Shown here in pieces: positions 8,801 through 19,347 of a stretch of 64,000 nt of DNA. The position numbers and the translations under genes are program-made. The notes below the pieces were generated by a model, which saw nothing but the letters and a program-made list of their open reading frames with translations, searched no databases and had not been told where the DNA came from. Numbering within the stretch: position 1 is the first letter of the stretch; every line of letters begins with the position of its first letter. The stretch spans positions 156,367 through 220,366 of IMG/VR virus record IMGVR_UViG_3300021142_000002; one strand, written 5' to 3'.

Positions 8801-11481
8801 TTTTCATTATAAGCTCTAGTCTCCTTTACCATTGTTTCAGCAGATCTACCACCTGCGCCGCCATGAGTAAAAGATTCATGCTCCTTTAGATTGTGCAGTG
8901 GATTACTTTCTTCTACTAATGATACTGACTGATCTTGAATGATATCTAGCCAAACCGATTTAGGATTAATAGTCACACCCACATTACTCATACTACCACC
9001 TGCCCTGTGAGTACGCATAGCAGTAATCAATTGATGGTATAACAAGCCCGATAGTCTTTCATAACCTTTATACCTAACTGCATTTAAATCATGTACAAAG
9101 TCATCCACTAATAAGCTATTAGCTCTTAATAATAAATGATAAAAATCAGTAGGCTCTCCCATCTCCTTTAATAGATTAAGAGTAATGGGTTCCATCCACA
9201 TATCAAACATTAGTTTTAGTTCTCTTAAGTGATAATTAGTGACACCTAATCCACTCATTAAACTACTGTAAATATTAGGTCTATTAAAGTCACTTCCTTT
9301 ATATTTAGAGATATCATTTTTAATAGCCAGTAATCCACCGACTATTAATTTATCTGCAGGTTTAGTTACTGTAATAACGTAGACGATATCTTTAAACTTT
9401 AGTTTAACTTCATCTGGATGATAAGCTAATCTTACATTAGTTGCTGAGAGTGTAAAAGGTATTTGTAATTTCTTTAACATCTCATCTAAACCAAAGAGAT
9501 AAGAAAAAGCTAGGCCTAATGGAATACGTCTATTAAAGACTGACATTTCAGAATATTCAATAGGTCCATTACCTAATGATGGATCTATTAAATAAGGTAT
9601 AGTGCCTAATTCCTCAATTGAATCAGCTTTGGTGGATCTAATACCACTACCCCAGAATGTATAAACAGTCCCCTCATTATCCATTCCTAATAAACCTAAT
9701 CCGCCAATTAACTCCCCAACTACCACGCAGTCTTCATCCTTAATTTTTTCATATAAAGAATGATCGTATTCATGTAATTTCTTTTCTATAGCAAAGTCTA
9801 AATGATATTGGAATCTAATAATTCCATCTACTAAAAATCTTCCACAGTCAAAACTGGTAATTGCTTCACAAATAGCCGTATAAGCTCTAGGTAATTGCAG
9901 ATTCTTTATTTTATTAATACCATAGAGTAGATTACCAATAGTTCCATCATTTTTAGTAAATCTATTTATAATCTCTTTTAAAATCCATTTACTGTAGTTA
10001 CTTGCTACACTTTCATTTCTAGTAACAAATATCTTTCCATAATAACTAGTCAAAGAAACAGTATTAGATTTTACCTTAAAAATTGGAAGTTCTCCGCGCT
10101 GACTAGTTAAAGAATAGCGTATTCCACCAGCTACGAAAGTACCATCAGCATTAACTACTGGTATAGTAAAATGAATAGTACTCGCCTCCCCATTAATAGG
10201 TTGCAGTGATACACTGTAGGTATCAGATTTAGTAACTGCATTATTCTTTCTTTTTACTTTAATATCCTTTACTATTACCCCACCTTTGTGTAAATTTAAC
10301 ACTGTGGCTATAATATCTTTAGGCAATACTTCAGTAACGTATTTACTCGTAAATTCTTTCATGGTAGAGTGTAGCATACTCTCATCATGAATAGTAATAC
10401 TTTCATCTAATAATTTAGTATCAGTAATAGTTAAATCATTATCGGTAATTGCCATTTCCTCTAGTGTCTTGCCAGAGCCATGAGGGTCTAATATTGTCTT
10501 ATACTTTTGACTGAGTTTTAATAATCCTTTTTGTTCAGCTTCAGATAGAGCACCCATTTCTCCAGCTTCTTTAATCTTCCTTACAATGACTTCGTTAGAT
10601 ACTAAATCATTTTCCCCTAAGTCCTTATCATTAATATCTACAATGTCTGGATTGTTAGGTGTTCTTAAAGCTACTATACCATCCAGAAAGTGATATAAGC
10701 TATTCATGCAGACTTCAGGATCTTCATGTGACCAATCTAATAGATCCTTTAATCTAATGATAATAGTATTATTTAACTCTACAAAGACTAGATTAACATG
10801 TTCGATCGCTTCATCAGATACTTTAGTAATAACTGATTCAATACTAGGGTTAATGATTCTCCATAATTCTAATAAGTCAAAACTCTCATTAGTGTGAAAA
10901 TCTGCTAGTCCATTACTCGTAAAGTTCTTAGTATATTTACTTAAGTCAGATCGAGTAGGCAATATCTCTGGCAGTAGATATCTAATAAAGTGCTCTCTCC
11001 TACCACCAATCTGATTAATCATATCCCACATAGTCAGTCGAATGTTATACCATTCTTGATAGACGACTAAGGTATTATTAGTATACTTATTTAATCTAGG
11101 CAATAGAGCATAGTTAATAACAATAGGGGCACTATTGTTACTTAATGACCTATCTAGATTAGTCAATGGTTTAATATTTAGATGTGTTTTTTGATATCGT
11201 CTGATAACATTATTAATAGGTATATTGGTGCTACTTACATTGCCAATACCTACCTTTAAATGTAGCATGTGATAAATATAGATTGGGCTACTATTTCCAT
11301 TTCTAATTAAACAATAGGAGTTGTCTATCCCTACTGTTTGATCAGTTTCCCCAATATAGTGAATAACACTATTACTGGGTAGAAAAAACTGACTCGATGG
11401 ATTATGTTTACCACCATTGACTATCTTACCAATGGGATAAGTCAAAAACTTTTTATCCCATTCTTTTATTGGTAAATACAT
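5848..11481 (-). CDS. virion RNA polymerase beta subunit, large part (phiKZ gp178-like); spliced, join(11481..7699, 6057..5848), ~1330 aa
   Basis: Beta motifs ETxAYNEKDLGVISESTPDSAKVG, HDDSKR, EDGSVI; splicing restores the conserved GD|KVVFANQLK in frame. Confidence 0.9.
6390..7619 (-). CDS. intron-encoded HNH homing endonuclease (NUMOD4-HNH with C-terminal HTH modules)
   Basis: [13 protein letters not shown] (NUMOD4), [36 protein letters not shown] (HNH), NUMOD1-like C-terminal segments. Confidence 0.92.
   Translation of the reverse strand: [409 protein letters not shown]
7656..7673 (-). promoter_or_regulatory. putative early-type promoter inside intron 1, upstream of the HNH gene
   Basis: Minus strand CTTTAAGATATATATTAT matches the motif at 2449, 3125 and 33689. 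Confidence 0.5.
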
Positions 11482-11490
11482 TACTTACTC

Positions 11491-13626
11491 CTATTCATAT
11501 ATTTTAGTAAAGCTATTGAGCACGAGTGGACTAACTTTATCAATAACTCCGTATAATAATCCGCCACTAGGATTCATAAATGATTTTTTATTATTCATAA
11601 ACTTTTTAGCTTCCTCTACCGCTTCTTTTGAGATTACAAAATTTAGAGAGACTTTCGATTTGTTCAGATGAAGTCGTTAATTTCACCTCGCAGCATTACC
11701 TGCAGCTATAACTCTCGTTATAGACCAGACTATATCTTCTACCTATTAATATATTCATTAATATACCAATAGGCAGCTTCCCATTTCTTCCCACTTGGGC
11801 TTTACACCGTGGTTAGCGGTTAGTCGTTGAACGTTCTCCATGTATTCTATAGAATATTTAGGAGCTTCGCTGCTGATTTTCTCTACCTAATAGTTTTCAA
11901 ACATTGGTATTACTTTTCAATAATACAGTAGTCTATTAGTCTAACAAGATGTTCCAGCAATTAAAGAAGAATCTATCCCAGTATTACTACTGAGTAGGAC
12001 ACTGATACTTAAACTATTTTATACTTAAAATGCCAATCTGAATTAATGGGTATTCCATTTAGATTCCTAATAATAGCTTTTCGGTTTACTCGAGTAACAC
12101 CTTCAGCTATTTATAAGTATTACGATAAAAAGTATTCAGAAAAATAAGTACAACTAGAATAAGCTAGAATCACCATCGAAATCTGCTTGTAATCCTTCGG
12201 GTTTAGAACTGTGTACCGATACTGAATCTATAAAAGGTTGTCCTTTAATAGGCATGTTTATAGCCTTAGATTCATTTTCTACAGGACACCAATTATCATC
12301 CAATCTTTGCAGAATTTCTGTTTTTACTGTTGTTTGCAGGTAAACCATACTGCAGTAAATACTGCCTGTACCTACAATGGGATATCTTGTTATATAGGTA
12401 GCTACTTCTTTACTTTGTAGATAAACGGAAATATAAAACATTTCAGTCCAAGTAATAGGTGCTACATTCTTTCTATCTAAACGTTTAGGTAAATCAGTAA
12501 TGTCATAAAAGACCCTAAAGTATTTATCATCCCTATAAAGCAATGCTGCATAATGACCATCTATTATAATAGGCTTATGCCTTGCATCTAATTTAGCATA
12601 ACCAGTTAATAGTTTTTCAATACCTTTTTCACTGCCCCAATTATCTTTAACAAAAGTAGAAGGTGTAATCATTCTTTCTTCTAATGTCTTGCTATCGACT
12701 ACCCAGATATCATTAGGTAAGTTATTGACTATTCTATTCATTGGACCTGCTTTAATTCCATAGATAGATAGCTCAGTAGTACCCTTTAAATACTGGTGTA
12801 AACCACAGGTTGTATCATTAACAGTAACTGCATCTATATCGCCTAATTTCTTAGGAGCAGGATCAATTGCAGTGATTACATTTCGTGTTCCGCCATGAAT
12901 ACTGCGGCTTGCCCATTTGGATAAGAAGAATCCTCTTTTACCCTCAAGGATAGATTCTATGTAATCATAGATGTTATTAAATCCTAATTGGAGAGACCAT
13001 CTAACAGTATCTAAGATGGGATCATTTTTAGCGGTAGAGAAAGTAGAAATAGTATTAGCAGATCGCATGACTTTTCTATAAAGCGCGTTAATGTCATCTT
13101 CAACAGTTCTTTTATTTTCATCTATTTCAATGTCTCTAAGACCTGCTGGAATAACGACTAAATACCGATACATACATTTTTCATGAGACTTATCTAGAAA
13201 CTTAATTCTTAAATCTCTAATCGGTGAATTATTTTCAGCATGTAAGATATCATGAAAGTGTTCCATAAAGAAGGCATAACCTGTTCTGCCATCTATGATA
13301 TTAGATTTTACAAAGTCTTTTAGATTATTATCCCAAGTAGCATAAGCTGCTCCAGACATAATAAGTTTATATAAACCTTTTAATCTAGTGAGTTCTAAAA
13401 AGACTTTAGGATGCATGACTTCAGTACGCATGTCTATATAAGACAGTCTTCTTTGTCTAGTAGGTGATCCAAGATCACCAAAGATAATAGATGAATATAA
13501 ACCTTGTGGATTAAATGATCCATCAATGGTATAAATATCCATTGACTGAGTAGGCAGTAAGCCTGCTAATCGACTCTTATCAGGAGAGAGTAGATATAAA
13601 TTAAATGGTAATCGCTTGAGTGCCAT
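11491..13626 (-). CDS. virion RNA polymerase beta' subunit, catalytic part (phiKZ gp180-like); spliced, join(13626..12169, 11655..11491), ~540 aa
   Basis: GKRGFF, RNVITA, TRYP and catalytic ADFDGD; the 54-aa exon 2 KVSLNFVISKEAVEEAKK...KIYE* is absent from the ORF track and in frame after splicing. Confidence 0.92.
11656..12168 (-). mobile_element. group I intron (IA2-like, 513 nt) without an intact ORF
   Basis: 5' exon ends in U and intron ends in G; P AAUUGCUGGAAC, Q AAUCAGCAGC, R UUCAACGACUA, S AAGAUAUAGUCU. Confidence 0.93.
12009..12110 (-). pseudogene. probable C-terminal remnant of a homing endonuclease gene
   Basis: Startless frame IAEGVTRVNRKAIIRNLNGIPINSDWHFKYKIV* resembles a NUMOD1-type HTH end; its stop lies at the same position relative to the intron core as the HNH stop in intron 1. 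Confidence 0.6.
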
Positions 13627-13667
13627 AGTGTTTCCTTTTATAAATTTAAATAGAGCTAGGTGGTATC

Positions 13668-16600
13668 ATGGCTAAGAATAAAGAATTTGATTTAGAAAAA
13701 ATGGGTGAAATGGATGACGATAAATTACTCAATGCATTAGAGGCTGCCTTTGGTGATGACGATGATTTATTTGATACAGAAATTAAAGATAATAGAAAAC
13801 CGACTACAGTTATTAAAGATACCATAGTCGATGCTTTCTCTGGTACGGATAATATCTTAAAGGTAACTAAGTCTCTTATTAAAAGAGCATTGCCAGATAG
13901 CTATGGTGATACCATGGATACACTTGAGAATGTATCCAGGGATGTTAAAGATACTTATGACGATACTGTTTATAAGTTAGAGCCTGCTATTAATAATGTT
14001 AAATTAGGCATTAAAGGTGCTCTTCCTACTATAGAAAAGATACTGCCTGCGGGAATGGCTAGAAAGATTAAAAAGTTTGCAGAAACTGCAAATGAACAAC
14101 CTTATTCTGACTATAGTAAAAAGGATTATCAGGGTGAAGAAATTAGTAATACGATTCAAACTATCTTTGGTGCTGAAGTAGCAGAAAGAGAAGTTAGGGA
14201 ACGTAAGGCTAATATACATAGGAATATTGACAGGACTATAAATAAAAAACAGTTTAAAGTCAGTGCTACTCTGCAAACCCATATGGCTAACAATATAGGT
14301 CGTATTGTTAGTTATCAAGATGAAGTATTAGATAAGTACTATAGAAAATCTTTAGATCTTCAATACCGTTCATACTTTGCTTTAAGATCATTATTAGATC
14401 TAAAGAAAGATGAAGTAGTTTCTAATAAGATTCGATTTGATAATATCATTAAAAATACTGGTTTACCAGATATTGTAAAAAGTAGATTAAATGAAGATTT
14501 TAAAACAGAGTTAAGAAATAGATTAATTGGTAGAGTACATGATGATTTAGCTACTCGATTAAGAAACTTACCAACTAGAACGCGTGATAGATTAAAAGAA
14601 ACTATTCGTGGGATAGTAGAAGGTTTTTCAGGTGCTGCAGAAAGTAGTGTTTCATTAAATGAACAATTCTCTGGCTTGCCATTAGGTGAAATGGCTAAGA
14701 TGGAGGGTGGGGATTTTGCCAGACATCATCTAGGTGCACAAATTGGTAAAAAGTTTAGAGATACTATACCTAAATATTTAAATAAAGTAAATCCAAACAT
14801 TTGGGGATCTATTGAAAACTTTGGTAATACTCTAAAAAGATACCATTCTGAATGGCCAGGTTATTTAAATAGAAAGTTTGGTGAAGGTAAAGGAATACTA
14901 GGTCAAATAGGTACTCTAACAGGTACTGAGTTTGGCGATACAAACACTATTAATAATAGCTTAGTAGCTGATGCTACTACTGCTACACCTTGGGATACAT
15001 TATCTAGAAGAACTCTAGTAGAAATTATTCCAGGTTATTTGTCAAGAACTTTAAATGAAATATCTGGCATACATGCTTTATTAGCCGGTAAAGAAACGCC
15101 CAATGAAGTAGTTTATAGCCATGAGTTTGAAGACTTTGTTACTAAAAAGAAAGCATTAAAACAAATAAGAAAAAGATTTAGAGGCACAATAGGCAGTGGA
15201 TTGAAAGATAAGATTAATGCTATTATTGATATAGTAGATCCAGATGGCACTAAATTATCTGAAAGTGAAAGAGTAGAATTAGGTGGTATCATTGTAAAGG
15301 AATTAAGAAAAGGTAATAACTTTGATCCTAGAGATTTTGCTGATCCTTATAATTTAGACACACCTAAAGCAGAAAAATATGCTCAGTTATTTAGGGATAC
15401 TTTTAATATAACTGAAGAGATGGTAGAAGAAGATGGCTTTTTAACATCTAAACTACAAGTAGGTGGTGCGGGGGAAGCTAATCTTAAACATAAAAATGCT
15501 GCTTTACTATATGGTGAGGCTAGAGGTAGTTTAGGGAACTACAATGCTTTATTAAATGAATATTTTAAAACAGGCAATAAATCATTACTGCGTGAGTTAG
15601 GTATTTTAAAAGAAGAAACTGGAACACTCCATGTTAATAATGACTATAAAAATAGAGATATTAGAGAATGGTTAAAATTAGGTAATAAAGGTAATTATAC
15701 TGCTGAGGCAAAAGCCTATTATGAAGGTACTGATACTACCATGGGTCCACCAAAGCCATCACAAACATTTGCAGGATTCCAATTAGGTGGATTAGGTGAA
15801 AAAATAGATAAAATAACGCATGAAGAAACTTTAAGTAAGTTATACAAATTAACAGAAACTAATGATGATAAGAAATTAGCATTATTAGAATCTATTAATG
15901 ATAGATTACTAAATTTTGGTTATTTTACCCCACCCCATGAGTCATCTGAAAATATTAATGCTTCCCACGGTTCAGTAACTGTACGAACTAGTAGAAGAAA
16001 AAATAATCAAAGAACAACCATTCCTGTTAATCAGCCTACACCTGCACCAGCTACACCATTTTCTATTTATGAAATGATGCAAATGGTAAAAGATTATGGT
16101 GGTAAAATGTCATTGCATGATGCTACTGGTTTAATGAATAAGATAGCAAATGCCGGTGGTTATTTAAATACCTCTAGTACAACTATTCGCAATTTATTAA
16201 AAAGAGTTACTAAATCCACTGCTAAAGAAATGAAAAAGGCAGATGCATTTAATGCCACTGGTCATCCTGCTATGGGAAAAACATGGGCTACTCCGGTACA
16301 ACATCAATTTAATTATGACTTTACTACAGGCACTAAAGAGTCTACTAGTAAAGGTAATGATAGAGAAATGCCTAAGGTTTATAAAATTCCTAATGGGAAA
16401 TATCTATACCTTCATGATAAATTAACGGGTGAGTGGAAAGTTAGGGATTCTGAAACCGATGAACCTTGGATGGATATCGAAAAGCCTGATGCAGAGCTAG
16501 TTAAAAAGTTTGTTCCCGCAGACAAAGAAAAACCTAAATCCTCTAGTACCAAGGCTAAAGGTGGTACTAAAGAAGAAAATGTAAAAAAACTTCGTAAAGG

Positions 16601-19289
16601 ATTAGCAGGTTTATTTATAGGTACAGGTAGATTAGTAAGAAAAGGAGTTAGAGGTTATTTTAAAGCTTTAATGCCTGCTAAAAAATATATCAATAAAAAA
16701 ATTGATAATGCAGCAATTAAAGTATTTAAAAAGGTATTAGATCCAACAGGCATGTTTACCAGTATGTTTTCTTCTATATCGGCTACAATAGGTGAAATAA
16801 TTGAAAGAAGAGATGATCGAATAGATTTTACACTGCACTCTATTTTAGATTATTTAAAACAAGCTATACCTGGAAAAGATTCTGAAGAAAAAGAAGCTAT
16901 GCGTGAAGGTGGCTGGAAAAGTATACAAGAACATCGCAAGCAAAAGATGGAAGAAAATAAGAAAAAGAAAGCTGAAGAAAAAGCAGAATCAGATTCTAAA
17001 TGGAAAGGTGCTCCAAAAAACGATACTGTTGGTAAAGTAGGCGGTTTTATGGATAACATCCTTAGTAAAGGATTAGACTTTATTAGTAGTTTAGGAATAC
17101 CAGAATTACTAGGTGGTGTAGGCGCATTTCTTGGTGCTACTAATATAGGTAGAACTGTAGTGGGTGCTACAGAAGCTTTAGGTGGTTTAGTTGCAATGGC
17201 TACAGAAGGTGCTATTGCAGCAATGGCTACGTTAGCTATGCCTGAAGTAGCTATGATAGCGGGTACAGTAGCTGCTGTGGGTGCAACAGCTTATGCGGCC
17301 TATAAAGGATATGAAGCATTAAATAGAAGGCGATCTTTAGATAGATTAGAGAAAATACGCTTTATGCAATATGGTATTCCATTAGATAATGGAAGAGCTA
17401 TTGGTAAAGTTAGATTCTTAGAAGAAACTATTGATGACGTTTATACCTTTGGATCAAATGGAGCCGCTAAATTAAAGTTAAAGCTACAAGAAATTTGGGA
17501 AAAATATTATTCAGATTTTGATTGGAGAGCTGAAGATGAACGTGGGGCTAAAGCTTTTATGGATTGGTATATTAGACGATTTGTACCAGTTTATGTTAAG
17601 CATAGAACTGTAGCTAGTATCTTAAAAATTACTTTAGATGAATTAGATTCAACACTTAAAGATGAAGATCTATCTGCTTATGTTAAAGCTATTCAGTTTG
17701 GACCTAAAGATAAAGAAGGTAAATTAGATCCTTATAACATTACTATTTCTCCTTTTAGATATTATTCTTTGGAAAATAGACTCGAAACATTAAGTCTCTA
17801 TTGCCAGCAGTTAATTATTGAGGGCGATAAAGCTAATGAGGGAAAAGATGATGCCTCTAAAAATAACTTAGATCCAAAAGAATTATCTAAAGCAGTTACT
17901 AGTACACCTGGTAAAAGAAAAGAAAACGAAGATAAAAAAGTAGCTGATGAAAACTTAAAGAAGGTTAATGCGGTTAATGAATCCGAACAAAAAGAAGCTA
18001 AGAAAGAGCAAGAGAAATCTACTCTAGAAAAGATATCAGATTTTGTTAAAGATAAATTTGGTGTTGATGTTCCTGCGGCGGCTAATAATGTTAAAAACTT
18101 TGTTGGTAGAGTGGGTGAAGATTTAGCTGTGGGCGCTAAAAAGTTACCAGGTGCAATTGGTGGATTTGTTAATACCAAGATAGTACAGCCTGTTAAAAAT
18201 TCATTAGCTGGATTAATATCTGGACATGAATCGGGTGGTAATTATGATATTGCTAATCGTGGTAATATTAATGGTCATAACTTAGGTATATCAACTGCTA
18301 AAGTAAGTACCATGACTATTGGCGATATCTTAGCCGCTAATAAGAAATCGGCTAGTGACCCATCTAGAATTTTGGCTGCTGGTAAATATCAGTTAATTAC
18401 ACCTACATTAGCTGATGCTGCTAAACAATTAAATTTACCAATGACCACTGTATTTGACAAAAAGACTCAAGAGTATATTTTTGCTAAATACTTATTAGGC
18501 ATTAAAGGAAATACTAAGCTCCTTAATGCTTATATAAAAGGTAGCGATGTAGATAAAATGAAGATGATGAAAAATCTAGCCAGAGAATGGACTAGTATTG
18601 CTGATCCTTATACGGGTAAAACAGCTGGCGGTGCTGGCAATAAAGCATTTGTTACCGCAGATCAAGCATTAGCAACTATTGATAAAGCTAGGGCTATGTA
18701 TGCTTCATTTAAAGAAATGGGTTTATCAGATGATGAAGCTTTCCAGCAAGCAGTAGCATCTGATGGAACTAATGTTCCCTTAACTAATTTGGCAGGCTCT
18801 GCAGCTAAACCTGATGCTGGTAATGGTGAAATGGTTCAAGCTACTCCTCCAAAAATAGCTGCACCAACACTAGCCAATGGCGCTAATAATTCTGTGGCTA
18901 GTAATGTTATTCCACCACCCGCTGCTGCTCCTAATGTAGATAAATCTAAGACGTTAGAAGCTGCATCGGCAGACAATGCCAAATCTACTAATACGGTGGC
19001 CGTTAATAATTCTAGTCCTGCACCTTCCGCTGGTCCTAGAGCTAATAACTATCCAGATCTTACACATGTTAGTAAAGCTATTAATAGTACATCTGCCGAT
19101 GCCAATAAACAGCGTGATGCTCAAATAGCAGAACAGCAAAAAACTAATATGTTGTTAGCTCAACTCACTGATAGTTTAACAGCTAGTTTAAATGATAAGA
19201 ATATACCCACTACATTGATGAAACCGTCAGAAAGTCCTGTAGTAAAACAAAAAGTAAATCCTGTTATTAATTTAGCAAGAAATATTTAA
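13668..19289 (+). CDS. large virion tail protein with lysozyme-like domain (phiKZ gp181-like)
   Basis: 1873 aa; divergent from the gp180-like gene; C-proximal muramidase-like motifs ISGHESGGNY, AAGKYQLITPTL, FDKKTQE, LAREWTSI. Confidence 0.8.
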   Translation: MAKNKEFDLEKMGEMDDDKLLNALEAAFGDDDDLFDTEIKDNRKPTTVIKDTIVDAFSGTDNILKVTKSLIKRALPDSYGDTMDTLENVSRDVKDTYDDTVYKLEPAINNVKLGIKGALPTIEKILPAGMARKIKKFAETANEQPYSDYSKKDYQGEEISNTIQTIFGAEVAEREVRERKANIHRNIDRTINKKQFKVSATLQTHMANNIGRIVSYQDEVLDKYYRKSLDLQYRSYFALRSLLDLKKDEVVSNKIRFDNIIKNTGLPDIVKSRLNEDFKTELRNRLIGRVHDDLATRLRNLPTRTRDRLKETIRGIVEGFSGAAESSVSLNEQFSGLPLGEMAKMEGGDFARHHLGAQIGKKFRDTIPKYLNKVNPNIWGSIENFGNTLKRYHSEWPGYLNRKFGEGKGILGQIGTLTGTEFGDTNTINNSLVADATTATPWDTLSRRTLVEIIPGYLSRTLNEISGIHALLAGKETPNEVVYSHEFEDFVTKKKALKQIRKRFRGTIGSGLKDKINAIIDIVDPDGTKLSESERVELGGIIVKELRKGNNFDPRDFADPYNLDTPKAEKYAQLFRDTFNITEEMVEEDGFLTSKLQVGGAGEANLKHKNAALLYGEARGSLGNYNALLNEYFKTGNKSLLRELGILKEETGTLHVNNDYKNRDIREWLKLGNKGNYTAEAKAYYEGTDTTMGPPKPSQTFAGFQLGGLGEKIDKITHEETLSKLYKLTETNDDKKLALLESINDRLLNFGYFTPPHESSENINASHGSVTVRTSRRKNNQRTTIPVNQPTPAPATPFSIYEMMQMVKDYGGKMSLHDATGLMNKIANAGGYLNTSSTTIRNLLKRVTKSTAKEMKKADAFNATGHPAMGKTWATPVQHQFNYDFTTGTKESTSKGNDREMPKVYKIPNGKYLYLHDKLTGEWKVRDSETDEPWMDIEKPDAELVKKFVPADKEKPKSSSTKAKGGTKEENVKKLRKGLAGLFIGTGRLVRKGVRGYFKALMPAKKYINKKIDNAAIKVFKKVLDPTGMFTSMFSSISATIGEIIERRDDRIDFTLHSILDYLKQAIPGKDSEEKEAMREGGWKSIQEHRKQKMEENKKKKAEEKAESDSKWKGAPKNDTVGKVGGFMDNILSKGLDFISSLGIPELLGGVGAFLGATNIGRTVVGATEALGGLVAMATEGAIAAMATLAMPEVAMIAGTVAAVGATAYAAYKGYEALNRRRSLDRLEKIRFMQYGIPLDNGRAIGKVRFLEETIDDVYTFGSNGAAKLKLKLQEIWEKYYSDFDWRAEDERGAKAFMDWYIRRFVPVYVKHRTVASILKITLDELDSTLKDEDLSAYVKAIQFGPKDKEGKLDPYNITISPFRYYSLENRLETLSLYCQQLIIEGDKANEGKDDASKNNLDPKELSKAVTSTPGKRKENEDKKVADENLKKVNAVNESEQKEAKKEQEKSTLEKISDFVKDKFGVDVPAAANNVKNFVGRVGEDLAVGAKKLPGAIGGFVNTKIVQPVKNSLAGLISGHESGGNYDIANRGNINGHNLGISTAKVSTMTIGDILAANKKSASDPSRILAAGKYQLITPTLADAAKQLNLPMTTVFDKKTQEYIFAKYLLGIKGNTKLLNAYIKGSDVDKMKMMKNLAREWTSIADPYTGKTAGGAGNKAFVTADQALATIDKARAMYASFKEMGLSDDEAFQQAVASDGTNVPLTNLAGSAAKPDAGNGEMVQATPPKIAAPTLANGANNSVASNVIPPPAAAPNVDKSKTLEAASADNAKSTNTVAVNNSSPAPSAGPRANNYPDLTHVSKAINSTSADANKQRDAQIAEQQKTNMLLAQLTDSLTASLNDKNIPTTLMKPSESPVVKQKVNPVINLARNI

Positions 19290-19296
19290 TAATTAA

Positions 19297-19330
19297 TATA
19301 GGGTTAATTGGATATCCAATTAACCCTATA
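19297..19330. terminator. 34-bp perfect palindrome
   Basis: TATAGGGTTAATTGGAT|ATCCAATTAACCCTATA. Confidence 0.65.
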
Positions 19331-19347
19331 CTTTAAAGGAGTTTTTA

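Noticed and set aside
7687-13626. Truncated or pseudogenised RNAP genes, or inteins
   Set aside because: The interruptions contain stop codons and complete group I P/Q/R/S cores, and splicing restores frame and motifs
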